A DNA stretch of 64,000 bases from Podarcis erhardii (lineage: Eukaryota): the NCBI GenBank assembly GCA_964252035.1, contig OZ176203.1. One strand, given 5' to 3'. Below are positions 26,370-37,594 of the stretch, piece after piece. The position numbers and the translations under genes were made by a program. Numbering within the stretch: position 1 is the stretch's first letter; the number at the start of each line of letters is the position of its first letter. A model generated the notes under the pieces. The model was given only the letters and a program-made list of their open reading frames with translations, searched no databases and was not told where the DNA came from.

Positions 26370-26790
26370 TGGAAAAGGTTCCGAAGAGGCTAACCAAAGT
26401 TATTATTAAAGGGCTGAAGCACCTCCCCTATGAGAATAGGTTATAATATTTGGAGAGGACGGGCGTGTTAGAGGCATATAGAATTGTGCACAGTGTGCAG
26501 AAAGATGATAGAAGTCCCCCCTGCAGTAACACTAGTACTCTGGAAGATTCAGCAGACAAAAGGAGGTTCTTCCCCACACAGTACACAAGAATGGCTATGT
26601 ATTGTCTGCAGTGATAGATGCCATGTACCTCTAAATACCATACCGGTTGCTGGGAATCACAAGTGCTGTTACGTTTAAGTCTTGCTTGTGGTCTTCCCAT
26701 AGGCATTTGGTTGGCTACTGTGAGAACAGAAGGCTGGGCTTGGATGGGCCTTTGATCTGATCCAGCCGATCTCTTCTGTTCTTATAAGTG
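26370..26790 (+). mobile_element. CR1 LINE 3' fragment
   Basis: GLKHLPYENRL motif and gggccttt-gatctgatccag CR1-type end. Confidence 0.6.
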
Positions 26791-27451
26791 CATAAAGAAT
26801 AATAATTTAAAACCGGACAACATACCGTATTTTCCCGTCTATAAGAATAGTGTTGTTTTTTTTTCTTTTTAGAAAAAGCTTTAAAATTTGCCCTCGTCTT
26901 AGACATGGGTAGTACAGAGGGCGGTTGGGCAATTGGTAGCAGCCGCGAGCAGGAGATTTTCTGCAGTGACAGGGCAGGTGATTGGTGGCAGTGTGAAGGG
27001 CTGCTAGCGATTGGCTGCCTCTGTGTCAATAGCGGGTTTGATTGTCCGCGGTGGGTGAGTGATTTTTGGCAATTCCACCCCCCAAAAGCTCAATAACTCT
27101 GGGCAATCGTCCGCAAAAAAAGCTCAACAACTACTCTGTGCTATCTCCCGCCATTTTCTTAAATCGGAGTCCCCCCAAATAGGGGGCATCTTATACATGG
27201 GGGCATCCTATAGACGGAAAACTATGGTAAATAACAACAAAAAATATTGGTAGCAATTACCAGTGGCAACATTCAAACAGCACTTAGCCCAGTAATAGTA
27301 GAAAATCTAAACCCCTTTGTCTGTCATGTATCCATTATAGGTACATTCGGGAAAATGATGGCAATGCCCAACATAGATTCCTATAACTTTTTTTTCTTAG
27401 AACAAGGCGCACAGGTTCTAATATCGAAAGGGAAATCTTACATCCACATCT

Positions 27452-27642
27452 CTAGTCTTCTGGGAAATCAAGTTTTCTTTTAATTCCTGAGACCGCTTCT
27501 CTTGTTCCAGGAGAATGGTTCAATTTCTGAGGAGTCTCTGGTTCTGATAGCTGATTTCTTTTCATTGCTGGTGATTGACAGTGACCATCCAAAGGAAGAT
27601 CTGGTTTGGAATTTTCTTGGGCACCAAGTTGTATTGTACGAG
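27452..27642 (-). CDS. APOBEC-like gene, terminal coding exon (ARTIQLGAQENSKPDLPLDGHCQSPAMKRNQLSEPETPQKLNHSPGTREAVSGIKRKLDFPED*)
   Basis: aattttag|CT, phase compatible with the upstream phase-1 donors; 62 sense codons then TAG at 27454-27452; absent from the ORF track in this frame. Confidence 0.7.
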
Positions 27643-27787
27643 CTAAAATTATTTTTAAAACAACATGTTACAATCACATTTTGAACTTTGGGAAATATAA
27701 TGTTCTGTAGGCTTGCTTCTTTAAGTTTCATCAGACCCCAGTATCCAGTGGTGTCCTCCATACCAACAGCTCTTTGATCTAGTAGAG

Positions 27788-27923
27788 CAGGCATGGCCAA
27801 ACTTGGCCCTCCAGATGTTTTGGGACTACAATTCCCATCATCCCTGACCATTGGTCCTGTGAGCTAGGAATGATGGGAGTTGTAGTCCCAAAACAACTGG
27901 AGGGCCAAGTTTGGCCATGCCTG
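27788..27923. mobile_element. 136-bp hAT MITE with 8-bp TSD in an APOBEC-like gene intron
   Basis: caggcatggccaaac TIRs; TSD tagtagag. Confidence 0.9.
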
Positions 27924-28039
27924 TAGTAGAGTGTTCTCTCAGTGTAACTCCCTGCAACACCCAATGTTCCCCTAACATGAGCTCAAGAGGGTCAGGGGGA
28001 GCTGTCTGGGAGAGAGGGGAAACTGGTAAAAATTCTCAC

Positions 28040-28096
28040 CGTCCCCATTGTTCTGAGGAAAGCCATCACTGGGTCTAAGAACTGTTGTCGACTCCA
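28040..28096 (-). CDS. APOBEC-like gene, possible optional 57-nt phase 1-1 exon (VESTTVLRPSDGFPQNNGD)
   Basis: ccag|TG...G|gtgaga; frame-preserving; but the preceding intron would be only 62 nt. Confidence 0.4.
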
Positions 28097-28158
28097 CTGG
28101 ACACCACTGGATACAGCACACAGAGTTTCTATTAAATTTAATATACTGTTGACATTAC

Positions 28159-28201
28159 CTGAAATGCTGTCTGAATCAATCATTTTGTCATTTTCTTCCT
28201 C
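28159..28201 (-). CDS. APOBEC-like gene, 43-nt exon (EEENDKMIDSDSIS)
   Basis: Acceptor ttttttaccccag|GAG in phase 0 matches the main-exon donor; donor TCAG|gtaatg in phase 1 matches the terminal exon. Confidence 0.72.
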
Positions 28202-29576
28202 CTGGGGTAAAAAAACAATAACACAAGTTGGGGAAGAGGACTATAAAGAGACCACTGGTTAAGTTGAAGCATTCGTGAAGATATATGGCTAGCATAGGCT
28301 AGATCTACACAGCTATTAAAAAACACTATTTACATGCTCTGCAAAAAAACCATTGTAAAGCTCACAATTCAAAATATCATTGAGTTGCAATTTCATCTGG
28401 TGTCACTGTGTTATAACACATTTATAATGCTGTATTTTGAGTCCATAATCTCCTCTGTATGTTACCATACAACTGAATTTTACAGTATAAAATTGACTTG
28501 TTGCTGAACATTAAACAGAGTGATATAGTACACACATAAAAGCATAAATAAGCCAAGACTGTAGCACAGGGCTAGCTGACGTGAAACCCTCCAGATGTTT
28601 TGAACTACAAATCCCATCATCCTTGACTAGGGATGGGAGAGAAATTCTATTCAGTTTGCATTTAAAGGCCAATCTATCAAATTCTCACTTCGTGAAACGT
28701 AATATTACTGTAATTGTGGTAGCTCTTTTTCCAGCTGTCATTAAATTTGCTGTGGCAAAATCCATGTTGTAGGACCTGGTTCATATTAACATTTGTCCAT
28801 GCAATTCTGAACATGCATGCAGTTTAGGGTTGGCCGGTTTTGTTCATGCATAAGAAAAACAGATTGTGGGGGAGAAATTAATCTGGTTCACTTTGCTCAT
28901 CCCAAACTGATACACAAACCTAAATGTAGATTTCCTTCAACATTCCCACATATTGAAATCTGCAGTGCAATTCTCCAACAAAAAATGCATACATGGGGTG
29001 GGGGGGAATACACACAAATGAGTATATTAGTAGAAATAAAGTACAAAAATGCATTATATTAGGGGAAATGGCTTGCAAAAATGCTTATATTAGGCAAAAT
29101 AGAACAAACGCACATGGAAATGTATGGATATTGTGTGGACTTTAATTCTTTAAAAGCAAGCTGATGCACATATGGGGTGAACTGAGATAAGATTTAGAAA
29201 AATGAGAAAGTAAAACTAGCAGATTTGAACTCTCCCGTTCCAGCTCTAATCCCAGGAACCTTATTCGGCATCATTTTAGCAACACTGTATACAAGGAAAC
29301 GTGCCACTCTCAAAATGTTTCCTGTACTTTATATGAACTGCTTGCATTTAATTTATAAATAGATGCCACTCTCCAGTTCTTAGAAAACTTTAGGTACTTT
29401 ATCAGTGTTTAACACTGATAACATAATAATTTACATTCAAAGTGAAATAGATTTTCTGTTTGTGTGTGTTTCATATAAACCTGGTTGAAATTTAAGGCAA
29501 ACTAATAATAAATTTAGCAAGCTTCCAATTGTGTTGCAAAGCAAATGATAGATCTGCACCTACAGGAAATATTGTA

Positions 29577-29826
29577 CAGTCATACCTTGGAAGTCGAACA
29601 GAATCTGTTCCGGAAGTCTGTTTGACTTCCAGAATGTTTGGAAACCAAAGCGCTGCTTCTGATTGGCTGCAGGAAGCTCCTGCAGCCAATCAGAAGCCGC
29701 GGAAGCCCTGTCGGACGTTCGGCTTCCAAAAATAGTTGGCAAACTAGAACAGTCACTTCCAGGTTTGTGGCATTTGGGAGCCAAAATGTTCAAGAATTAA
29801 GCTGTTCGAAAACCAAGGTACGACTG
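29577..29826. mobile_element. Tigger-like MITE in an APOBEC-like gene intron; same family at 58316-58557; related elements at 54492-54665 and 57138-57315
   Basis: cagtcrtaccttgg TIRs; TA TSD. Confidence 0.85.
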
Positions 29827-30029
29827 TACTGTATCGGGGACAATGCAGAACCAAAAGGTTGAGAAGGGTTTTTAATCATTCTTAGAACTGAGTGGAAGTC
29901 CACTTGGTGGATTTCCCTTAGAACAAGCATTTGGAAGGCCCCCTGTCCTACAACCCAACAAAATTTGTGTATCATTTTATCATTTATGATCTGGGTCAAA
30001 GTTTTGCAATGCCTCCACCTCCCTTTTAC

Positions 30030-30609
30030 CTGTTTCAAAAGTGTGTCCAGATCATCTGCATTCTCCTTGCTTTCTTCATCCAGATTTGACCATGGCGTAA
30101 AGTTTTCTGATGGGTCTACAAATAGAGCAAAGCATTCTTCATAATCAGATTTGTTCATCATTTTAATCGAAACCCCAGAGCTCTTCAGAAGGTGTAGACC
30201 TTTTTGTTCTCCTTCTCTGTTAAAATAATATGGCCTCGAAGCTTTTATTTCCATGCATATTCCACTGTTTTTTTCCATAAAAGACTTTATCCTGACACTG
30301 CATTCATGGCAAGGGGTGTATGACACAAAAAGGTTCAGTTCATAATTTTCTTTGGTGATGTTTTCTGCGATTTGGTCTTCAATATAATCTAAAACTAAAA
30401 CTTCAGCATGCTTGCCACCAGGATCATTGTACACATAGCCCCAACTTTCCCAAATCAGGTTTTCTTCCTTTTTGAAACTAAACAATAGTAATGTTGTTTT
30501 GCGTATTTTTGTGTTGTCAAAATCTTCTTGGAAGTCTTCTTTCGGACATAGTTTTTTGAGGAAGACTGGCATTTCCTCTGACACTTCTAAACCAGAAACT
30601 TTCAAAAGG
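30030..30609 (-). CDS. AID/APOBEC-family zinc-dependent cytidine deaminase, main exon carrying the whole catalytic domain
   Basis: HAE at 30410-30402, x29 spacer, SYTPCHEC (P at 30314); downstream family-type motifs SRPYY, GLHLLKSSGVSIKMM, DYEECF, FTPW; strong acceptor tttatctttacag|C and donor CAG|gtaaaa; no stops; first in-exon ATG at 30572. Confidence 0.93.
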
Positions 30610-30721
30610 CTGTAAAGATAAAAGGGCATTTAAAGTAGAAATAGAAAAATGCTTTTGTCCATCAGAACTACAAGCACCACCCTCAACACATGGCTGGGTA
30701 GGGGGGGATTAGTTCTTCATT

Positions 30722-31070
30722 GGTAAAGGGACCCCTGACCATTAGGTCCAGTCGTGACTGACTCTGGGGTTGCGGAGCTCATCTCGCTTTATTGGCCGAG
30801 GGAGCCAGCGTACAGCTTCCGAGTCATGTGGCCAGCATGACTAAGCCGCTTCTGGCGAACCAGAGCAGCACACGGAAACGCCGTTTACCTTCCCGCTGGA
30901 GTGGTACCTATTTATCTACTTGAACTTTGACGTGCTTTCAAACTGCTTAGGTTGGCAGGAGCAGGGACGAAACAACATGAGCTTACCCCGTCACGGGGAT
31001 TTGAACCTCCAACCTTCTGATCGGCAAGTCCTATGCTCTGTGGTTTAACCCAGAGCACCACCCGCGTCCC
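30722..31070 (-). mobile_element. Sauria (Squam1) SINE, full length, in the intron upstream of the APOBEC main exon
   Basis: Reverse complement of the gggacgcggg...ccctttacc consensus. Confidence 0.9.
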
Positions 31071-31576
31071 TTACTGACCTTCAAAATGTGTGGGTAGTTG
31101 AGAGGCCAACTGACAGTACCCCCATTTACAGGGGCCAGCGGAGAGCCCCCAAAAGTCAAGGAAGGGGCAGGGCTGAGCCAGTCTCACATCTGTGGCATGA
31201 CTGCATTGGACCCCAATTCAGGTCCACTTGTCCCACCCAACCACCTTCCACCATAACTGCAATGAGTGGCAGAGTTGTCGATGCAACTGTGGCTCTGTTG
31301 CTCCACAAATCCCCCCCGTAGGTAGCAGGAGTTGGGACTGCACTCAAAGTGCCCATTCTAACCTGAGAGTCCCATTGAACTAAGAGTGACTTACTACTGA
31401 GTAAACATGATTAAGGCTACATTGTAAGAGGTCCTTTCTAATAAAGTGCTGTACTGTATTGTTTTGGATGCCAGCTAAAAATGTTTTGTTAGGCAAGCCT
31501 GCTCAGACATGTAATTTTGTTTTGTGTATTTGTTTTAAAAATCAATTTTATTTATATCTTGATAACCTTTATGTCT

Positions 31577-31935
31577 GGAACGTGGGTGGGTGGCGCTGTG
31601 GGTTAAACCACAGAGCCTAGGGCTTGCCAATCAGAAGGTCATGGTTTGAATCCCCGTGACAGGGTGAGCTCCTGTTCCTCAGTCCCTGCTCCTGCCAACC
31701 TAGCAGTTCAAAAGCATGTCAAAGTGCTAGTAGATAAATAGGTACCGCTCTGGCGGGAAGGTAAACGGTGTTTCCATGCACTGCTCTGGTTCGCCAGAAG
31801 TGGCATAGTCATGCTGGCCACATGACCCGGAAGCTGTATGCCGGCTCCCTCGGCCAATAAAGCGAGATGAGCGCCGAAACCCCAGAGTTGTCCGCAACTG
31901 GACCTGATGGTCAGGGGTCCCTTTAACTTTACCTG
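31577..31935 (+). mobile_element. Sauria SINE with 12-bp TSD
   Basis: TSD acctttatgtct at 31565-31576 and 31936-31947. Confidence 0.92.
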
Positions 31936-31948
31936 ACCTTTATGTCTA

Positions 31949-32428
31949 CAGTAGTACCTTGGTTCTCAAACTTAGTCCGTTCCAGAAGTCCATTCCAAAA
32001 CCAAAGCCTTCCAAAACCAAGGCACGCTTTCCAATAGAAAGAAATGCAAAACGGATTAATCCATTCCAAACTTTTAAAAACAACCCCTTAAACAACAATT
32101 TAACATGAATTTTACTAACGAGACCATTGATCCACAAAATGATAGCAATAAACAATGTACTGCATTCACACAAACAATCAGTAGCTGAACTGGGTTCCAC
32201 ACAGTCACAAAAACAAAACAAAAAGAGCTGCAAAAACAAAAACGCAAAATAAATAGCAGAAACAGACAGACCTCAGCGTAAAACTCAAATCGAAAGCATA
32301 ACACTCAAAACAGAGCATGTTCAGCTTCTAAAAAAGGTTCACAAACCGGAACACACACTTCCAGGTTTGCAGTGTATGGGTTCCAAGTCATTTGAGTACC
32401 AAGGCGTTTGAGAACCAAGGTACCACTG
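31949..32428. mobile_element. Tigger-like non-autonomous DNA transposon
   Basis: cagtrgtaccttggttctcaaac TIRs; TA TSD. Confidence 0.85.
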
Positions 32429-34261
32429 TACATGCTTTTAACGTTTGATTTGATGGGCATTTTAAAATGAAGATTCTATATTGTTTTCTGTAAACAGCTT
32501 GGAGGTTTTGTTGATTAAGCTGCATATGCATCTTGTTAAATAATAAATAAAATTAAAATGTATATGTAAAATTGATCTCAACTAGCCACATCCTTTTCTA
32601 GCTGGCTTTAGTTATCCAGCTGTCCTGGCTATTGCTTCTACCTTCTCTGTTGGGTATCTTTCCAAACAGAAGAAGACTTTTGGGGAAGTGAGAGCAGCAC
32701 AGAGGCAGCCCCACCCTAAAAAGTATCTCTTTGTGACTCAAATGGTACTGCTCGAACCACAATTCTTAATGTTTAATTAAGCCAAAATGAATTTATAGAG
32801 TACCAGAAGAAACGCTGCCACGCAACATGCTAGATGTGTTAACTTCAATATATTCATATAAATTGTGTCTTGCTCATTAGAAAGTGGGAGTTGGGGGGAT
32901 ATAAATGGCAGCAATGTGATTGAATTGGCTGGCAGAGAGGACAACCCTCTTTTATGGCCATCTGCAGGGCTAGCTTAGTCTGTGCAGACCATGTTGTTGT
33001 TGTTTTGTTGTTCTTGTTGTTCTTGTTAATTGAGCGCTCACTCCCACCAGAGCCACACAATCACTTCCAAAATGCTTCCATGCTATTTGTGCTATTTTGG
33101 AACCCACTTGTTTTGCCTAAGGTTGGAGACAAATTTGGATTTTACCTTTTTTTAAAAGGAGAGATGGACCATTGTGTATTTCTATCTGACGTTTAGAAGA
33201 CATCTGAAGGCAGCCCTGTATAGGGAAGTTTTTAATGACTGATCCTTTGTTGGAAGCTGCCCAGAGTGGGCAAGGTATAAATGAACTACTACTACTACTA
33301 TTGTATTTCTTCAGTCCAGCAGTCTTATGTGCAATCTGAAACCTGCACGCACCCCATACTGAAATCTGTTTTGAATGATGGCTGCCTCTCCTCTTTCCCA
33401 TGTTCCATTTTTTGACTCAAGTTTATTACTGTCTAGCCTGATTAAGAGTTCTGGAGAACTCTAAAGCTTGCCATCTATTCTGTGACATTTTTGTTGACTT
33501 AATAAAATAATTGCCGTCATATGGATTTTAGAATACATCAGCTGTGTTTCCAGAACAATAATGCACAAATACGTTATAAATAGCTTGGTTGGGAGTGAGG
33601 ACAGCAGATACAATAAAAGTTCTGTCGGCTCTTCTAAAAAGAAAACAAGCGAACAAGTTGAGAAGACAGTCAAATCACATTCCAGACTTGAATCCCCAGT
33701 CATCCTATTTACACATTACATATTCCACCGCATGTAAACTTACCAAAATATGTGCACTTACGTTATTATTTAAGCCAGGTTTTTATGACATTTTTAGAAG
33801 CAGCTCTTGAGATACAGCCATGTTTTTCAGTTTGGGTTTTCCAGGAGATAAAGAAGTAAAACTTTATCCACAATGCCACCTGGTGGCATTTTAAAAAATT
33901 GTTAAATATTTTTTTTCACTGCCCTGGTAGCTTATTTGCTATAAGGGCAGACTTAGCTAAGCCTTGGGCTTCATGTGCCCTGGTAATGTTAATCAACTAA
34001 CTCTTTCCCCTTCTAGAGATTTCAAGTCAAGATCTTGCCGCTTCTCTCATGAAGGCTGTTGGTCTCTCCCTATCTGGATACCTTCTCACAGAGGGAGGAT
34101 CTTAAGCATCTGCTAGGGACATGTCATGAATATACATGTATTCTCACTATATATAGTGTTTGGGAAGAGCGAATAAATGAAGAGAGGAGTAGAGTAATTG
34201 CTTGCTATAAATGTATATTCAGTTCAGTGTGTGCACTGTGGATACCACTTATAAAAACCAC

Positions 34262-34816
34262 CTCCAACTCAAAATATTCTGTCAAGGATATTTCTGGAAA
34301 TTTTTACACATCACTTGGGAAGACATGCAAACTAATGCCAGTGTACTGGAAGAAGCAAAGATCACCAGCGTCAAAGCAATGATTCTTCAACATCAACTTT
34401 GTTGGACTGGTCATGTTGTGCGGATGCCTGATTAGCGTCTTCCAAAGCAACTGCTCTATTCTGAACTTAAAAATGGAAAGAGGTTTAAAGGCTCTCTCAA
34501 GACAAATCTAAAAGTAGCATAACTACCAACAACTGGGAAACACTGGCCTGTGAGCGCTCCAGTTGGAGAACAGCCTTTACCAAAAGTGTCATGAGCTTTG
34601 AAGATGCTCAAACTCGGGACGAAAGGGAGAAACGAGCTAAGAGGAAGGCACATTTGGCAAACCCTCACCATGATCAACCCCGCCTGGAAACCAGTGTCTC
34701 CACTGTGAAAGGACATGTGGATCCAGAATCGGCCTCCACAGTCACTTACGGACTCACTGTTAAAACCGTGTTCCTGGAAGACAATCTTACTCGGTTACGA
34801 TCGCCGAAGAAGAAGA
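34262..34816 (+). mobile_element. RTE-clade LINE 3' fragment, degenerate
   Basis: CWTGHVVRMPD*RLPKQLLYSELKNGK RT C-terminal motif; (gaa)n tail. Confidence 0.75.
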
Positions 34817-35980
34817 CAGCTGTGAACATTTATGACACTTTCCCTTTCTCCTTCCCACCCCCACAGTCATGAATTGATTCAGGACTCACTGATGATAAGC
34901 AAATGGGTTATTCAGATTAATTTTTCAGTTCTCCAAATAGGTTTTCATGGCAATATCAACAGTGAGCGATCCTGGCAGAACTATACCGACAACCCTGGAA
35001 TCCAACTGAAAAAAGGTTGGAGGGGCGGGGGAAATCATCATTTACAACTCCAGAAATTAAACAATAATTTAAAATTACCTCAATTTGAGTTGGAGAAACT
35101 GCAGATACAATCTTATGTCTTCTCAGGTGGAGCGGGCTGGAGACTTGTGGAGAGGAATACCTGGTTACGATGACGCTGTCCAATGTTTGCTCAATGTCAG
35201 AACAAGATGGAACTAGTTTTGACGTGGATGGAACTAGCACTGTGTCACCTTTGTCTCAATAATTTTTCACTGCTTTATGAGGCTCACATCTATATGTAAT
35301 GCCCAATCATGAGAAGGCAAAAAATTCCCTGTACTTTGTCACTGACGTAATTAATGAATCATCTAAGCCAATTCCCTCTGTTTATTCTGGGCAAGACCTA
35401 GGTAAGATTACTATTTATATATGTATCATCTTTGTTTGATACTATAATTGAGGAGCCACACCTTGTTTACTTTTGATACTTACTTATTGTATGAAACAAA
35501 GAGCTAGAACTGGATCCACTAGCTCTATTTTATGGTTACTGTAGAGCAATTTGTACAGTGTTAATGCCTGCAAAGGTCTGTTGCTATCTAATCACAGTGG
35601 GGGACACACACACAAGATTACGATAGCCTTCTTTAATGTAGTTAGCTTCAAATAGTTTACATATGAAGAAAATTGCATTTGTAAAATTATTTTTAAAAAG
35701 CCAGGAGAGATTATTTTAAAAATATTATTTAAAATATTTATATATGGCTTTTCTTTCCATCAAGGATTTACAACAAGGCAGCTAAGCACAGTATAACCTT
35801 TATAGTAAACATTTTATACAATAATATAAATTTAATAAGAAACAAGCCATAATCAAACAACAACAACAACAAAATTGTTTCCTTCAAGGGGAAATTTTTC
35901 TCCCTAAAGGATTGTGTATTTCTAATCTTATGCGGGTTTCACTTATGTGGTTGCAGCTTTGCAGATTGCCATAAAATAAA

Positions 35981-36800
35981 TGTCGAGAGTGGGAGAACAA
36001 GAAAAAGCATCCTGCATTCCCATCAGCCATTGGCCGAGTGTTTAGGTGCGGTTGGAGAGTCAATGGAATGTGGAGAGAGCGCAGAGGAGATTCCAGAGAG
36101 ATCAGAGATGTTCAGAGAGAGTTTGGAGAAATGCAGGGGAGCCCAGGGAGAGTTGTGGAGGAGGTTTGTCAGGGAACTGCCATCGGAGCTAGAGGGACAG
36201 GGAGGGCTCCAGAGGGGTTCAGGAGAGCGTCCCGGGAGGGAGAGAAGCAGCCCATCTGCTGGGGAAGGAATTCAGTGTAGCACCAGTGGAGAAGGGGGGC
36301 AGATGGGGGAATCGGCGAGGTGGCTCCATGACTCCTCACGGGAGACCAGCGGGGAGAGCACGGGTCCTCCGCTGCCCACACCCTCCCTGCGCAGAAGACT
36401 TCCGCGCAGGGAGATTAGGCGGAGACTAGGCATCAAAGAGCTTCTTTGCTGGAAGAAGTTCAAGAAACGCCCACTGACGGATTCTGCCAGTGATTGAGAC
36501 AGCCATGGGTGAGAGGCTGTCCAGACAGAAAGGGTTCACCCAGGTAACCTAGCTAGGTGTGGTGTCGATTTACGCACGAGCAACCCCTAGAACCACTACA
36601 AGGTTGAAGAGTCATTGGAGGAGACTGGAGGGATTTGCGGAGGAGATGGAGAGAGTCGTGGAGGAGTTTTGGAGAGTCATCAGAAGAGGTTGGAGAGTGA
36701 TTGGACGATGCTGGAAAGAGTTGCAGACTGCAAAATTGCCCCAAAGTGTCATCAACAACCATGCTGCCTAACGGTCCTGATTTTACCAGGACATCCTGGG
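35981..36800 (+). mobile_element. GA-rich LTR-like repeat; right boundary uncertain
   Basis: Starts tgtcga; purine-rich composition like 47251-47818. Confidence 0.4.
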
Positions 36801-37089
36801 TTTACAGAAGCTTCTGAAAGTAATCCTAGATGCCCTGTTGTGGCCAACACCGTCACTGCTGCGCTATGGCCTCCCTGCAGGGGGTGGTGCAGCCTAGGAC
36901 CGAGGCTGCTGGCTTTTCCGATGATGCACCTCCAGTGCGCTGAAGTCTTTGCCTCCTCTGCTGTGCCACAGCCTCTGCCTGCAGCTGCAGACCACAGGCC
37001 ACAGAGGGTGGTGGAGAGAGGGAGAGAGATGCCCAAAGTAAGGTACCGGGGTGTTGTGGGATGCCCCGAATTCCTCTTGGGAAATGCTG

Positions 37090-37300
37090 GAACATACACA
37101 TCAACTGCTGAAAACCCAAAGAAGCAAAGAGTGGTTCCCATGATTTAAGAGAAAGTGGCTGTGCTGGATTGATTGAGGGGTGACATCCTGCTTTGAGTCC
37201 AGCATCCGTGTGCTGTCTTGGTGTGCAAGAAGGAAATCTGTGGGGCTGCAACAGAGAGCGCATCACTAACTGCAGCCGGCTGCAGGACAAAGCTTGGGTG
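37090..37300 (+). pseudogene. Decayed Tigger/pogo transposase N-terminal fragment
   Basis: PKKQRVVPMI*EKVAVLD* resembles the Tigger PKKQRKVMTLQEKVELLD motif. Confidence 0.4.
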
Positions 37301-37594
37301 TCTCTGGTTCAGGTTTGGACCCCTGGAGAACTGCAGCCAGTCATTGTAGACCAGGCTTCCTCAACCTCGGCCCTCCAGATGTTTTTCACCTACAACTCCC
37401 ATGATCCCTAGCTAGCTGGACCAGTGGTCAGGGATGATGGGAATTGTAGTCTCAAAACATCTGGGGGGCCGAGGTTGAGGAAGCCTGTTTCTACATACAT
37501 TGGACATACTGGCATGAAGGCATCACACTTGATAGTGTCTTCTGCCCAAATGGAGCATCATGTTGGATGTGCTGCTGTGACATCTCATAGAATA

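Noticed and set aside
29790-30029. C-terminal 79 aa of ORF 29790..30629 (VKGRWRH...)
   Set aside because: Read-through past the CAG|gtaaaa donor into an intron and a MITE; phase-compatible exons exist downstream.
30610-30629. ATG at 30629 as the deaminase start (MPFYLYS)
   Set aside because: It sits inside a polypyrimidine tract ending in a strong tttacag acceptor; intronic.
31079-31320. Candidate upstream deaminase exon with donor AAG|gtcagt
   Set aside because: In the needed phase a TGA immediately precedes the donor and no clear acceptor was found; could only be a UTR exon and is unsupported.
33744-33830. Two GTAAGT donors on the minus strand with an upstream ATG in good context
   Set aside because: The ATG frame (MAVSQELLLKMS) stops before either donor; no evidence tying it to the deaminase.
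36030-36497. 155-aa G/E/R-rich ORF
   Set aside because: Low-complexity frame within a purine-rich LTR-like repeat; no recognisable domain.
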